Source of the DNA: Eledone cirrhosa
Taxonomy: Eukaryota
Length of the DNA: 64,000 nt
NCBI GenBank assembly: GCA_964016885.1
Contig: OZ024749.1
Span: 52,638,001 to 52,702,000, forward strand
Direction of reading: 5' to 3'
A program made the position numbers and the translations under genes. This document shows, piece by piece, positions 52,839 through 64,000 of the stretch (its first letter is position 1; every line of letters starts with the position of its first letter). The notes beneath the pieces were generated by a model. It did no database searches. It had not been told where the DNA came from and saw only the letters and a program-made list of their open reading frames with translations.

Positions 52839-53696
52839 AAAGCGTAACACACACGATTGAACGTAGGGTACGTAGGTACAAGTGTATTAACATATATATG
52901 GTTTCTGATTTGGGGATAAGGCCAACAATTTTAGGCATAGGGAATTCGATTAAATCCCCCCACCCCCCACCCCAGTACATTCTAAGTCTAAAGTTTGTCT
53001 TAAGCCAGAAGTCTCATCAGGCCGGTACTTATCTCAGTTTCATGGCGTGAAGGGATGAGAGTACAAGATTCCCCCCCTGGATAGGACGCCAGTCCATTGC
53101 AGGGTTAAACCCCCAGCTATTGCTGGTACTCGTTTTCAGCTGGAGCAATGTGAAAATGAAGTGTTTTGCTCAAGAACACAACACACAACCCAGGAATCAA
53201 ACCCACGACATTATGACCATAAGTTCAACACCTTTACCACTGGTACTTTATTTCATTGACCACATAAGGATGAAAGGCAAAGCTAACCCCGGTGGGATTC
53301 AAACTCAGAACGCAAAGGGACGTAACCCTATGCCATAAAACGTTGTCTGGCACTCTACTGATTACTGCTAACCCACCGCTCTCACTCATAATAATAATAA
53401 TAATTATAATGTTTCTACTTTTGGCACAAGGCCAGCAATTTACCCAGTGCATTACTGGTACTTTATTTTATCGACCCCGTCAAGATGAAAGTAATAATAA
53501 TAATAATAATAATTTCTACATTTGCTACAAGGCCAACAATTTAAAAGGAAATGGAAAGTTGATTAAATCAACTCCGGTATTAAACTGGAAGACAGACTGA
53601 GTCAACCCCCCAAGAATATAAGAAGTCCATGTAACAACCTTCTGCATTTAGTTCCAACCAAATTCCACCCTAAATACAAAGTAATGATTAACTTAC

Positions 53697-53828
53697 ACTG
53701 TTTTTTTGTCTTGTTTCATTAATTTGTTGGTAAATTCACAAAGAATTTCTAAGAATGACAGGTTTGGTGGAATTCCTTTTGGTTCTGTTGTGTTGGCAAT
53801 GGGAGTCAAACTGAAGAGGATTCCTTCT
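53697..53828 (-). CDS. STAG1/2: STAG exon (EGILFSL...PPNLSFLEILCEFTNKLMKQDKKTV)
   Basis: Highly conserved STAG motif; canonical splice sites. Confidence 0.93.
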
Positions 53829-53881
53829 CTACAAGTAAAAGAAAAATAACATAAAATAAAAATGAATCCATCAGCATTTAA

Positions 53882-54102
53882 CCCTTTAGCATTCAAACCA
53901 GCCATATCCAGCCAGAAATGTCTCACTTCTTTCTGTTCAAACCAGCTGTAACTGGGCACTCACACTGACGTTGAGGTATTGTTCTCAAAATAAATAACAT
54001 CAAAATCTCATAGATTCGATATTATGTGAGATAATTATATAAGATAAAGTGTTTACTACAAAAATACAATAGTATATAGAGAGTAATGTGAATGCTAAAG
54101 GG
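53882..54102. mobile_element. piggyBac-type MITE followed by a partial tandem copy
   Basis: TTAA|CCCTTTAGCATT...AATGCTAAAGGG|TTAA. Confidence 0.85.
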
Positions 54103-54336
54103 TTAAAGTGGCCAAATCCGGCCAGAATTCTTTCACCTCTTTCTGTTCAAACCAGCTGTAACCGGCCACTCATACTTATGTTAAGGTATTGTTCACAAAA
54201 TAAATAACATTAAAATCTCATAGATTTGATATTATGTGAGGTAAAGAGTTAAAGAGCAAATCAATACAAAAAGTATACTAAAATCATTCAACTTCATGTC
54301 AACTATTAAACTATTATTTCTGTCAACTAGATGGTG

Positions 54337-54506
54337 GTGGTACAGGACGTTAAGAGTCAATGTGATGTAGTCATAATGTGGTTTACTGTGGTACAGGACG
54401 TTAAGAGTCAATGTGATGTAGTCATAGTGTGGTTTACTGTGGTACAGGACATTAAGAGTTAATGTGATGTAGTCATAATGTGGTTTACTGTGGTACAGGA
54501 CGTTAA
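54337..54506. repeat. 51-bp tandem repeat, ~3.3 copies
   Basis: TGGTACAGGACGTTAAGAGTCAATGTGATGTAGTCATAATGTGGTTTACTG repeated. Confidence 0.9.
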
Positions 54507-54570
54507 TAGCAACAAAATAACAGCAGAAAACCCCACAAAAACACCCCCATAAAAATCTAGCAGAACCTAC

Positions 54571-54647
54571 TTGTGCATCGCAGCTACAGCTTCCCTATTC
54601 TTGACTTGGTCCAGTCCAAATGATAATGAGAATCTGCGAGCTAATTC
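54571..54647 (-). CDS. STAG1/2: STAG exon ([26 protein letters not shown])
   Basis: Near-invariant STAG motif; not in ORF track. Confidence 0.95.
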
Positions 54648-55671
54648 CTGACAATTATAAATATTCAAATTAAAAATAAATAATCATCATCATCACCGTT
54701 TTATGTCCGTTCTTCCACGTTAGCATGGGTTAGACGGGTTGTCCTGTGGTGGGCAGTGTCCGGTCACTGACCTTGTCTTGCTCATATGGGAACTGATTCT
54801 GGCTTGATTTATACAGTTGGATGCCCTCCTTAACACCAACCTCATTTACAGTGAGTGCTGGGTGCCTTTTTTCCGTGGGGCCTGAACGTCTACTTTACAG
54901 TGAGGGCTGGGTGCCTTTTTTCCGTGGGGCCTGAACGTCTACTTTACAGTGAGGGCTGGGTGCTTTTTTGCTGTGGCACCTCCACGACTATTTTGCAGTG
55001 GGAAGGGCTGGGGGCATATTGTCTATATGCTTCAACTTTGGCTTGTACCCGTGGGAAGTTGGGTCTTCTGTATTACTGCGTGACACCAGAGGTCGCGGTT
55101 ATAAGGAGGATGCCGTGACCAGGAACCTTAATTTAAATTTACAAAAGAAGAAGCACAAACACTGTATTCTTTTAAAGTTGTTTTTCACTCTTTAATAGTT
55201 TCAACATCATCATCATCATTACCACTATCATTATCACCACCACCATTATGGCAATGATGGTGATGATGAGAGTGGTGGCAATGGCGGCAGCGATGCAGAT
55301 TGATAACGAAGCCAAACCCGGACCAAGATGAACTGTCCAACCCATGCCAGTATAAAAAAGTGGATGTGATGATGATGATGATGATGATATGAAATTTGTT
55401 TTATCTGTGTACCCAGTTAAAATAGGTACACCATATGCCTGTATCGTAGAAGACAACTGAAAGTGAAGGATGTGAGGAAAAGCATCAATCTGACTGTAAA
55501 ACATTGTCCCAAACAGGAAGGAACCCATGTCATAAAGACCCCAAAGTTAACCCATACGTTAATGGGGGAAATGACCTTAAAAGGCTTGTCATTTAATGAA
55601 AAAATACACAATACAACATTGTATCATTAAAGTTCACTTTTGAAAGACAACACTGCAGAATTAAAACTTAC

Positions 55672-55740
55672 TTTAATGGCTTGAAAGCTGTCTGAAGACC
55701 GATCAATGACGGGTTGTTCTGCTTGAACTTCTTTGAATAA
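55672..55740 (-). CDS. STAG1/2: STAG exon (LFKEVQAEQPVIDRSSDSFQAIK)
   Basis: TTTCAG| and |GTAAGT; phase 0/0. Confidence 0.88.
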
Positions 55741-56220
55741 CTGAAAATAGATTATATTTGATAGAGATGTGGAAGTAGCAAGAGGTTGAATAGGTTTGTT
55801 AGAGATATGGCATAAAGGAAAGATTCTATCATCGTCTAACGTGTGTTGTGTCTGAGTGTATAAAACAAAATGTATTCAAACACCTCCATTCTCACCTGTG
55901 TAAGGCTGGAAGCCAAAGTATATGTATATATGTGTATATGTGCATATATGTATATATATATGTGTAGATATGTATGCGTATATATGTGTATGTGTATATG
56001 TGTGTGTGTATATATCATCATCATCGTTTAACGTCTATCTTCCACGCTAGCATGGGTTAGACGGGAGTTGTCCCACTTGGGGCAAGATTGGTCGGGTGAT
56101 CGTGTCTCGCTCATGTGTATATATATGTATGTATGTGTATGTATATATGTGTGTGTGTATGTATATATATAAATGTGTGTATACATATATGAATGTGTAT
56201 ATATGTGTATGTGTTCTCAC

Positions 56221-56322
56221 CTGTGTAAGGCTGAAAGCCAAAGTCTTTGCTGTGGTGACTTTATTGATTTCTCTGGCTTTACTCAAAGTAGCTTTGATGA
56301 TGTCTCCATAGTCATTATAAAA
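56221..56322 (-). CDS. STAG1/2: STAG exon ([21 protein letters not shown]...LTQ)
   Basis: Conserved YNDYGDIIK motif; canonical splice sites. Confidence 0.95.
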
Positions 56323-57004
56323 CTACAATAAAATAAAAGACTCCATTATAACCATCAGTATTGTTATCTTAATAACAAAACTAGTTTAGAGTGACATAGG
56401 TGTATCATGGTAAAACTAGTTTAGAGTGACATAGCTGTATCATGGTAAAACTAGTTTAATGTGACATAGCTGTATCATGGTAAAACTACAGTTTAAGAGT
56501 GACATAGATGTGTGTATCATGGTAAAACTACAATTAAACCCTTTAGTATTTACATTACTCTATATATACTATTATATTTTCATGGTAAAGGGTTTACCTC
56601 ACATAATATTGAATCTTGATGTTATTTTGAGAACAATACCTTAACATCAGTACAAGCGGCCGGTTTGAACAAAAAGAGGAGAGACAATTTTGGGTGGATA
56701 AATGCTAATGGATTAATGTGACATAGCTCTGTTGACTTAAGAAGAAGCATTGAGAAAATAGGAAATAAAAAAAATGTGCATGTCCCAACCCAAATGATCA
56801 CAATAATAGTTGATAATTGTAAATAATATTTGTGAAAATCAGGTAAATTACTCATAGAAACTAACAGAGGTATTTTTGTAGTTTATCAAAGAAATGGATA
56901 CTTTGCATTAATATATATATATATATATATATATTAGACCAGGATTATTTTCCTGTGAATATATTGTAAGAAAAAAGCGTCCCCTTTCTCGACTGACAAC
57001 CTAC

Positions 57005-57138
57005 CTTCATATAATGTTTAAACATATCAGCTGCAGTACGTATGTTAGTTATGTTGTAAACAACTAGTTTACAAAAAGCTGCCAGAAAATTTCGTTTTTT
57101 ATGAAGTTCTTCTATCTTCACATTTTCATCCATCTCTT
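57005..57138 (-). CDS. STAG1/2: STAG exon ([22 protein letters not shown]...MFKHYMK)
   Basis: Conserved motif; ORF 56945..57160. Confidence 0.95.
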
Positions 57139-57169
57139 CTGCAAATGAATCAAAAGACACACCATTTAT

Positions 57170-57637
57170 TTATAAACTATAGCCCCTTACATCATATATA
57201 AACTATAGCCTCTTACATCATATATAAACTATAGCTCCTTACATCATATATAAACTATAGCTCCTTACATCATATATAAACTATAGTTCCTTACATCATA
57301 TATAAACTATAGCTATTTACATCATTTATAAACTATAGTTCCTTACATCATATATAAACTATAGTTCCTTACATCATATATAAACTATAGCTATTTACAT
57401 CATTTATAAACTATAGTTCCTTACATCATATATAAACTATAGCTATTTACATCATTTATAAACTATAGTTCCTTACATCATATATAAACTATAGTTCCTT
57501 ACATCATATATAAACTATAGCTATTTACATCATTTACAAACTCTAGTTTCTTACATCATATATAAACTATAGTTCCTTACATCATATATAAACTATAGCT
57601 ATTTACATCATTTATAAACTATAGCCACTTACATCAT
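57170..57637. repeat. 26-bp tandem repeat, ~18 copies, intronic
   Basis: TAAACTATAGTTCCTTACATCATATA with an alternating GCTATTTACATCATTTA variant. Confidence 0.93.
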
Positions 57638-57679
57638 TCATTTAAAAAATATAACCACATACATTATTTACAAACTTTA

Positions 57680-57920
57680 CACTTCTTCTTCACCTACTTA
57701 TTCCTGAGAGGGTTGTGGGGGCAAAGTCCTCAAACACTCTTTCCAATGTGTCCTGTCAGAACAACCAGCTGAACTCATGGATGTTATCCAACCATCTTGC
57801 TCTAGGTTTACCCCTAGGTCTTCTGACTGTTAGCTTTCCCCGTAAAATCTGTCTAGCAATTCTTTCCTGAGATATTTTAACGACATACTCATAATATCGG
57901 AGCTGTGATCTCTCACTTTA
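57680..57920 (-). mobile_element. RTE-type LINE 3' end
   Basis: - strand RIARQILRGKLTVRRPRGKPRARWLDNI then 3' UTR and (GAA)n tail. Confidence 0.7.
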
Positions 57921-58144
57921 GAGAAGTACCAGGACTACCTACACCCAGTACAATCGGTAAAGCAGTAGTGCTGGGGCCATGATAAAATGTACCCAGTAAA
58001 CTCTGTAAAGCAGGTGTCATGATAAAATGCACCCTATACACTCTGTAAATCAGTAGTGCTGGAGCCACGATAAAATGCACTCAGTACACTCTGTAAAAAA
58101 GACTCTGCCAACAATGGGAAAATGTTCAAATTGCAAATACTAAC

Positions 58145-58298
58145 CATCATCATCTTCCACAAATACTTTTTCTGAGAGAAAGCCACAGAGTTGAGTCTGA
58201 AGACTTTTATCTGGTTCATAGATGAGAGATTTTAGTAAAGCATTCTCTCCAAGATGTTTGCTGAAAACAATCAGCAAGTCACAGATAGTTATATAAGC
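58145..58298 (-). CDS. STAG1/2: STAG exon (AYITICDLLIVFSKHL...VFVEDDD)
   Basis: Conserved CDLL.FS motif; TTTCAG| and |GTTAGT. Confidence 0.93.
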
Positions 58299-58521
58299 CT
58301 GAAAAAGAAAGAAGAAAAATATATTTACCATATATAAAATTCACGTTAAACAACAATAAATAGTTTTAAGTTTCACCTCCATCCCACCACAGAATTCACT
58401 TTCATTATTGTATTTTCATGTGGTGGATTGGCAGTATCAGTAGAGGGTCGGACGCCATGCTTTGGAGTTACGTCCCTTTACGTCCTGCGTTCAAATCGCT
58501 GAAAGTTATAATTTTATTTAC

Positions 58522-58614
58522 CTCTTCACTAACTTTGTCTTGGGAATGGAAAATTAGTTCACTACAATATTTCATCAAATCTATTAGACGACGTTTCAAC
58601 ACTCGAACTTTTTC
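58522..58614 (-). CDS. STAG1/2: STAG exon (EKVRVLKRRL...DKVSEE)
   Basis: TTCCAG| and |GTAAAT; phase 0/0. Confidence 0.85.
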
Positions 58615-58836
58615 CTGGAATAAAAAATAATAAAAAGATAAAAATATAAAATAAATTAAAAACAAAAACATTTCTTTAAAACCATTCCTTAATAATTACA
58701 ACTATCTTAATGTTAGAAGATTTAAATATCCTTAAAACCAGGAACTCTTCAGCAACTCCCTCATATACACAAGTATAGACATATATATGTAAAAGGTAAA
58801 CAGAAATAACAACACAATAGGTACAGTATATGGAAG

Positions 58837-58880
<44 letters not shown>

Positions 58881-59339
58881 CAAATATATTGAAGATATAT
58901 ATATACACAAGTACAGACATATATATGAGGGAGTCTGACAAATACCAATTTGGCTCAATGAAGGAATTAATAAAAATCAATTATTCAGAGCTTAATACAA
59001 ATAAATATTTTCGTTTTCCAAATTAATTTATATATTCAATATTATGCAAGGTAAAGCCTTTACCATGAAAATACAATAGTAAATATAGAGTAATGTAAAT
59101 GTTATGTGAGATATTATGTGACGTAAAGCCTTTACCATGAAAATATAATAGTATATATAGAGTAATGTAAATGTTATGTGAGGTATTATGTGAGGTAAAG
59201 CCTTTACTCTGGAGATACAATAGTATATATAGAGTAATGTAAATGTTATGTGAGGTAAAGCCTTTACTGTGAAAATACAATAGTATATATAGAGTAAGGT
59301 AAAGGGTTAAACAATAATCTATTATAAAGTTTAGCATAC

Positions 59340-59420
59340 CTTATCAGGATTGTTTTCATCTAGTTTCTGTAACCACCACATAATTGCCATTGCACATGTT
59401 GATATTGCTTTACAAATAAC
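59340..59420 (-). CDS. STAG1/2: STAG exon (VICKAISTCAMAIMWWLQKLDENNPDK)
   Basis: CTGTAG| and |GTATGC; phase 0/0. Confidence 0.85.
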
Positions 59421-60262
59421 CTACAGTAAATAAAATAAAGAATTTCATTTAAGTATTTACAATATATCACAAGTTGTATACACAGCAGTAGTAGTTTTAG
59501 TAAAGACATAGTGTAAATTGTAATAGGGTTGTATATATAGAGAAAGTAAGTTGGATGAAGAATCAACCCCAGTATTAGACTGGTACTTTTTTTTTTATCG
59601 ATCTCAAAAGGGTGGAAGGTAAAATTGACCTCAGTGTGATTTGAAGTTAGAACATAGAGCCGAAACAGATACTGGAAGTATTTTTAACGGCTCTGCCAAT
59701 TTGCTGCCATTGAATCTGGTATAATATTGGCAAGTAGCTGACATTTCTTGGAAATAACGGTTTCTAAATTAAGGACAAGAACAGCAAATTTGGTGGTAAA
59801 AGGCAAAGTCAATTAAATCAACCCCAGTAGTTGACTGGTATTTAATTTTATCGACCCTGGAAGGACGAAAGGCAAAGTTATCCTCAGCAGGATTTGAACT
59901 CAGAATGTAGAAGACAATGATAACTAAATGCCATAAAATATATTGTCTGATGCTCTACCGACTATGTCAATTCACCACTCTTAAAGTCAGTCTCAAGTCA
60001 GGAGGCCTGTCAGGCTGGTTCTTATCCTGGTCCTGTGGCGCGAAGCAACTGAGAGTACAATACTCTCCCTGGACAGGATGCTAGTCCATCACATGGTTAA
60101 AACCCCAGCTATTGCTGCTGGTACCCATCTTCAGCTGAGTGTACTGAAGCAGCATGAAATGAAGTATTTTGCTCAAGTACACAATATACAACCCAGTCCA
60201 GGAATCACAGAAACCCACGACCTTATGATCCTAAGTCCAACACTCTTACCATTAGGCCACGT

Positions 60263-60612
60263 CATCATCATCATCATCATCATCAGCATTTTACGTCCGC
60301 TTTTCCCTGCTTGCAAGGGTTGGACGGGTCCTATTCAGCACAGCATCTCTCCACTTGTCACGGTCCTTTGTCATCTCCTCCGTGAGTTTCAGCGATCTGA
60401 GGTCTGCTCTCACCACCTCCGACCATGTTTTTTGTGGTCTTCCTCTACTGTCATTCCTTGGCACTTCTTTACCCAGCGGTCATCCTCCATGCGCATCACA
60501 TGTCCATACCATCGCAGTCTTCTTTCCCGTACACTTCAACTTATCCCTCTTAAACACAATTTCTCTCTCAACACATCCATGCACATGCCTTTCACAATTC
60601 ACCGCCATACCA
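60263..60612 (-). mobile_element. RTE LINE 3' fragment (related to 12412-13897)
   Basis: - strand VRERRLRWYGHVMRMEDD...DRDKWRDAV and (GAT)n tail. Confidence 0.8.
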
Positions 60613-60635
60613 AAGTATCAATCCTAGTCTCCTAC

Positions 60636-60723
60636 CTCTTCAGGAATGGCATTATTTTCATTGGCTGTTTTAACAATATGAAAGACATCATCCCAAAGTT
60701 CCCATGTATTCAGATCATGGCAG
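60636..60723 (-). CDS. STAG1/2: STAG exon (CHDLNTWELWDDVF...IPEE)
   Basis: HDL..W.L motif; TTCCAG| and |GTAGGA. Confidence 0.9.
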
Positions 60724-61346
60724 CTGGAAAGATAAAATAGAAAAATAGAAAATAAAAAAATTTTTCATTTATATTTTTAGAGAAACAAATAGAAATCAAC
60801 AATAACATTTTAAAATAAAAAAAAAGTTAAAATCATATTTTTTTACTATCTTTATCACCAATTATAATTAGTTGTTCGATGACAAGATGGAGTAACAGAT
60901 TAAGGCCAGAAAAAAGAGGAGGTATAGAAGAGAACAGTTACTGAGGAGGTCACAGAATGTGTGGCGAAAGAACTTTGATGAACTACCAAATAACTAGTTA
61001 AAATTATATTTTTATAGAAACAATAAATTAACAAAAGGATGGAAGGATGGATGGTCCCTTAATTCCTGAGGGAGTTGTAGAGGTGCAGTACTGACATATG
61101 CCCTTTCTAGGGCATATTTTAACCTGGCAAAGCCTATCTCCTCTCCAGGTCTGAATTCAGCAGATTTCTTCCACTTCCAGAGAAAAAGATATAGAGGAAG
61201 AATCTACCCCAGTACTTGACTGGTACTTTTTTTCATCGACCTGAATGGACAAAAGGCAAAGTTGACCTAAAATTAACAATTTAATTTTCCTAAAAAATAG
61301 TTAAATTAGTTAAATAATAAACAACCTAAAATATAGTTCAACTTAC

Positions 61347-61417
61347 CAATAAAAGGCATATATTCGCTTCAAACTAGCAAGCAGAGCAAAAGTTTCATCT
61401 TCATCAGGTTGCTCACC
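61347..61417 (-). CDS. STAG1/2: STAG exon (GEQPDEDETFALLASLKRIYAFY)
   Basis: GE..DEDD...L..LKR motif; canonical splice sites. Confidence 0.9.
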
Positions 61418-62191
61418 CTGTTAAAAAAAAAAAAAAAAAAGTTTGACTTTTTTTATATTAACCCTTTAGCATTTACTCTAGGAAGACCACGAAAAACATG
61501 GTCGGAGGTGTGAGAGCAGACCTCAGATCGCTGAAACTCACGGAGGAGATGACAAAGGACCGTGACAAGTGGAGAGATGCTGTGCTGATAGGACCTGTCT
61601 CACCCTTGCAAGCAGGGAAAAGCGGACGTAAAGTGATGATACTATTGTATTTTCACGGTAAACACTTTACTTTACATAAAATCAAATCTATGAGATTCTG
61701 ATATTATTTATTTTGAGGACAATACCTTAACATCAGTATGAGTGGCTGGTTATGGCCGGTTTGAACAGAACGAGGTGAGAGAATTTTGGTCAGATATTTA
61801 ATGTGTTTGTATTTAAATTTTTTAATTGCCGCCATAATTTTATGCAAAAAAATTTTGTTAAGTTATGTTTCGAAAACCAGCTTAAAAATGAAAATATAAA
61901 ATTTTGTTATTTTAGTAAATCCCTCAAAATTCTTGATTTTCGAAAAATCAAGAATATAAAATAAGGCAGGGGCCCCTGATCATTAAAACACACAAGAAAC
62001 ATCCTATGAGATGCAATCTTGTATGAGGCCAACTAAACCCAAAATAGGTGTGAGCTGTGACAACATGATAGAACTGAGGTCCTCTGTTCTAAACCGAAAT
62101 ACATGCGAGCTGTAACAACATGATAGGGCTGGGGGACCTCTTGTTATAAATCTAGATAGGTGTGAGCTGTAACAACAATATATGTACTTAC

Positions 62192-62335
62192 TTCAGCAAA
62201 AAAATCCTGCATAGATTCTTTAAATTTTGAAACAAGGTTATCAACCAATGTTTTTTTTGCCACATCGCATTTTCCACCAATGGCATATTCTTCACTACAC
62301 AAACATTCATAGCATTTTGATGCTGCCTCCAGGAC
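62192..62335 (-). CDS. STAG1/2: STAG exon (VLEAASKCYECLCSEEYAI...FFAE)
   Basis: VLEA.SK.Y..LCSEE motif; ORF 62144..62350. Confidence 0.93.
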
Positions 62336-63125
62336 CTGAGAAATAATCAAAGAGACAGAGTTAGTACAGCAGAATTAGGTAGGCTACAGGGAAGAAATAC
62401 TTAATAATTGCTTCTACTTTGGGCACAAGGCCAGCAATTACATCAGTGTATTACTGGTACTAAATTTTATTGACCCCATAAGGATGAAAGGCAAAGTTAA
62501 CCTCGGTGGGATTTGAACTAAAAACGTAAAGGGCCATAACTATGCTGCAAAGCATGGCGTCTGACGCTCTACCGATACTGCCATATTTAATAATGTTTAG
62601 CTTTTTAAAATTCGAAAATATTTGGTCATCCCATAAATAATGCAATTTTTTCAATTACATACAATAAAAGCTGTGGGGTGGGGGCATCTGCGTAAAATTG
62701 CTATAAATGCAGGTGTTGAGTTCACCTTTGTCCCCATTCTTTGTGCAAGCTTTGAAAGGTGTAGTTTATCTTAATCTTTAAAAATAAAATAAGTATAAAA
62801 TATTGCATTATTTATGGGATGTCACAATGCAGATAACTATAAATAATAGTTGGATAAGTCAGGAATCTTTATTCACTTTTTTTCCTTTCCTCTAAGGGCT
62901 ACCTTAACCTACTTATTCAACTATTATTTATAGTTATCTGGATTGCGGCAGCTTCCCTAAAATATGTGAACATATTTTCAAATTTCAAATTTTCCCCAAT
63001 GCTTTATAAATGAACCAAGGGGTGGCATCTCAACACATGAAAGGTTTGGGGTATTTTAAACCTGGTGGAGCCCAGTCCCTCTTCAGGTCAGAACACAGGT
63101 GATTTCTTGTCTGTCTGTCATCTGC

Positions 63126-63226
<101 letters not shown>

Positions 63227-63457
63227 AAAAGTGATATGGAGGAGTACATTACTGGTATTCTATTTATCAACCTTGAAAATGCAAAGTTGACTTCGGTGGG
63301 ATTTGAACCCAAACTTGGCCAGAATAATCCATTGCCCTAACGAGTTCGTCAATTCGCCATCCTCATTATTGGGTAGGGGGGGGGGGTCCAATAACAAAAT
63401 ACGATAAATAAAATTAAATATTTAACATGAAAACAACAACAACAAAATATCTCTTAC

Positions 63458-63517
63458 CTCAGAATCTGTGTGTTTTTCAACAATTTCATGAAGGTATCTT
63501 AACAATGCTTCAAGGTT
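63458..63517 (-). CDS. STAG1/2: STAG exon (NLEALLRYLHEIVEKHTDSE); gene continues beyond the window
   Basis: L.ALL.....VEKH motif; TTTTAG| and |GTAAGA. Confidence 0.9.
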
Positions 63518-63552
63518 CTAAAAAAGAAAAATTGACAATATATATATATATA

Positions 63553-63599
<47 letters not shown>

Positions 63600-64000
63600 C
63601 AAAAGAATGAAGAATAACATGGTTGGCTGTAAACAATCGTTTCATTAGTCCGGTGTGTCTAAAAGTCGCTGATCATTAGAAGTTACGTCACTCGACCATA
63701 ATTACAGTTATATATATATATAATAATGAAATTATTGTGTACTGTGCTCAGGTGCACCATAACTCATCAAAGGTGCATGTATAGTACATAGAATAATGTA
63801 CAAATATATATATATATATACTGTAAGGTGATTGTGCTGGTGACACAGTGATAAAGATAGTAACAAAAAGCACCCATTCCACCCTGTAAGGTGGTTGGGT
63901 TAGTGACATGATAAAAAGCACCAAGTTCACCCTGTTAGATGGTCATTTCGGTGACACGACAAAAAGCACCCAGCTCACACTATTAAGTGTTTGTGTAGGT

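Overview
Eukaryotic, AT-rich, intron- and microsatellite-rich animal DNA; the SINE/LINE/(TA)n landscape suggests a mollusc, probably a cephalopod (inference, not proven). Four spliced protein genes can be rebuilt by hand. (1) A + strand gene (5'-open; exons 1-1165, 2553-2785, 5573-5788, 7106-7172, 8043-9106) with an SPxNRDS[FY] repeat N-terminus and a G2E3-like HECT domain that appears to lack the catalytic Cys. (2) ZNFX1 on the - strand (one ~5-kb exon plus a last RZ-finger exon). (3) NDUFB4 on the + strand (3 small exons, absent from the ORF track). (4) The 3' part of a cohesin SA/STAG gene on the - strand (16 exons, 63517-49460; last exon uncertain). The rest is mobile DNA and repeats: tRNA-headed SINEs, RTE-clade LINE pieces, a CRE-clade RT fragment, two Helitrons, piggyBac- and Tc1-type MITEs, and several minisatellites grown from TE fragments. 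The most unusual signal is in the 25-35 kb and 43-47 kb regions. Several unrelated short elements sit in (TA)n tracts, carry minimal type I hammerhead-ribozyme motifs with palindromic stem III (Penelope-like/retrozyme style), and repeatedly form fold-back palindromes centred at or beside the ribozyme. The long repetitive ORFs in the track (3-4.5 kb, 40-41.7 kb, 47.9-49.1 kb, YIYI/VCVC) are satellite artefacts.
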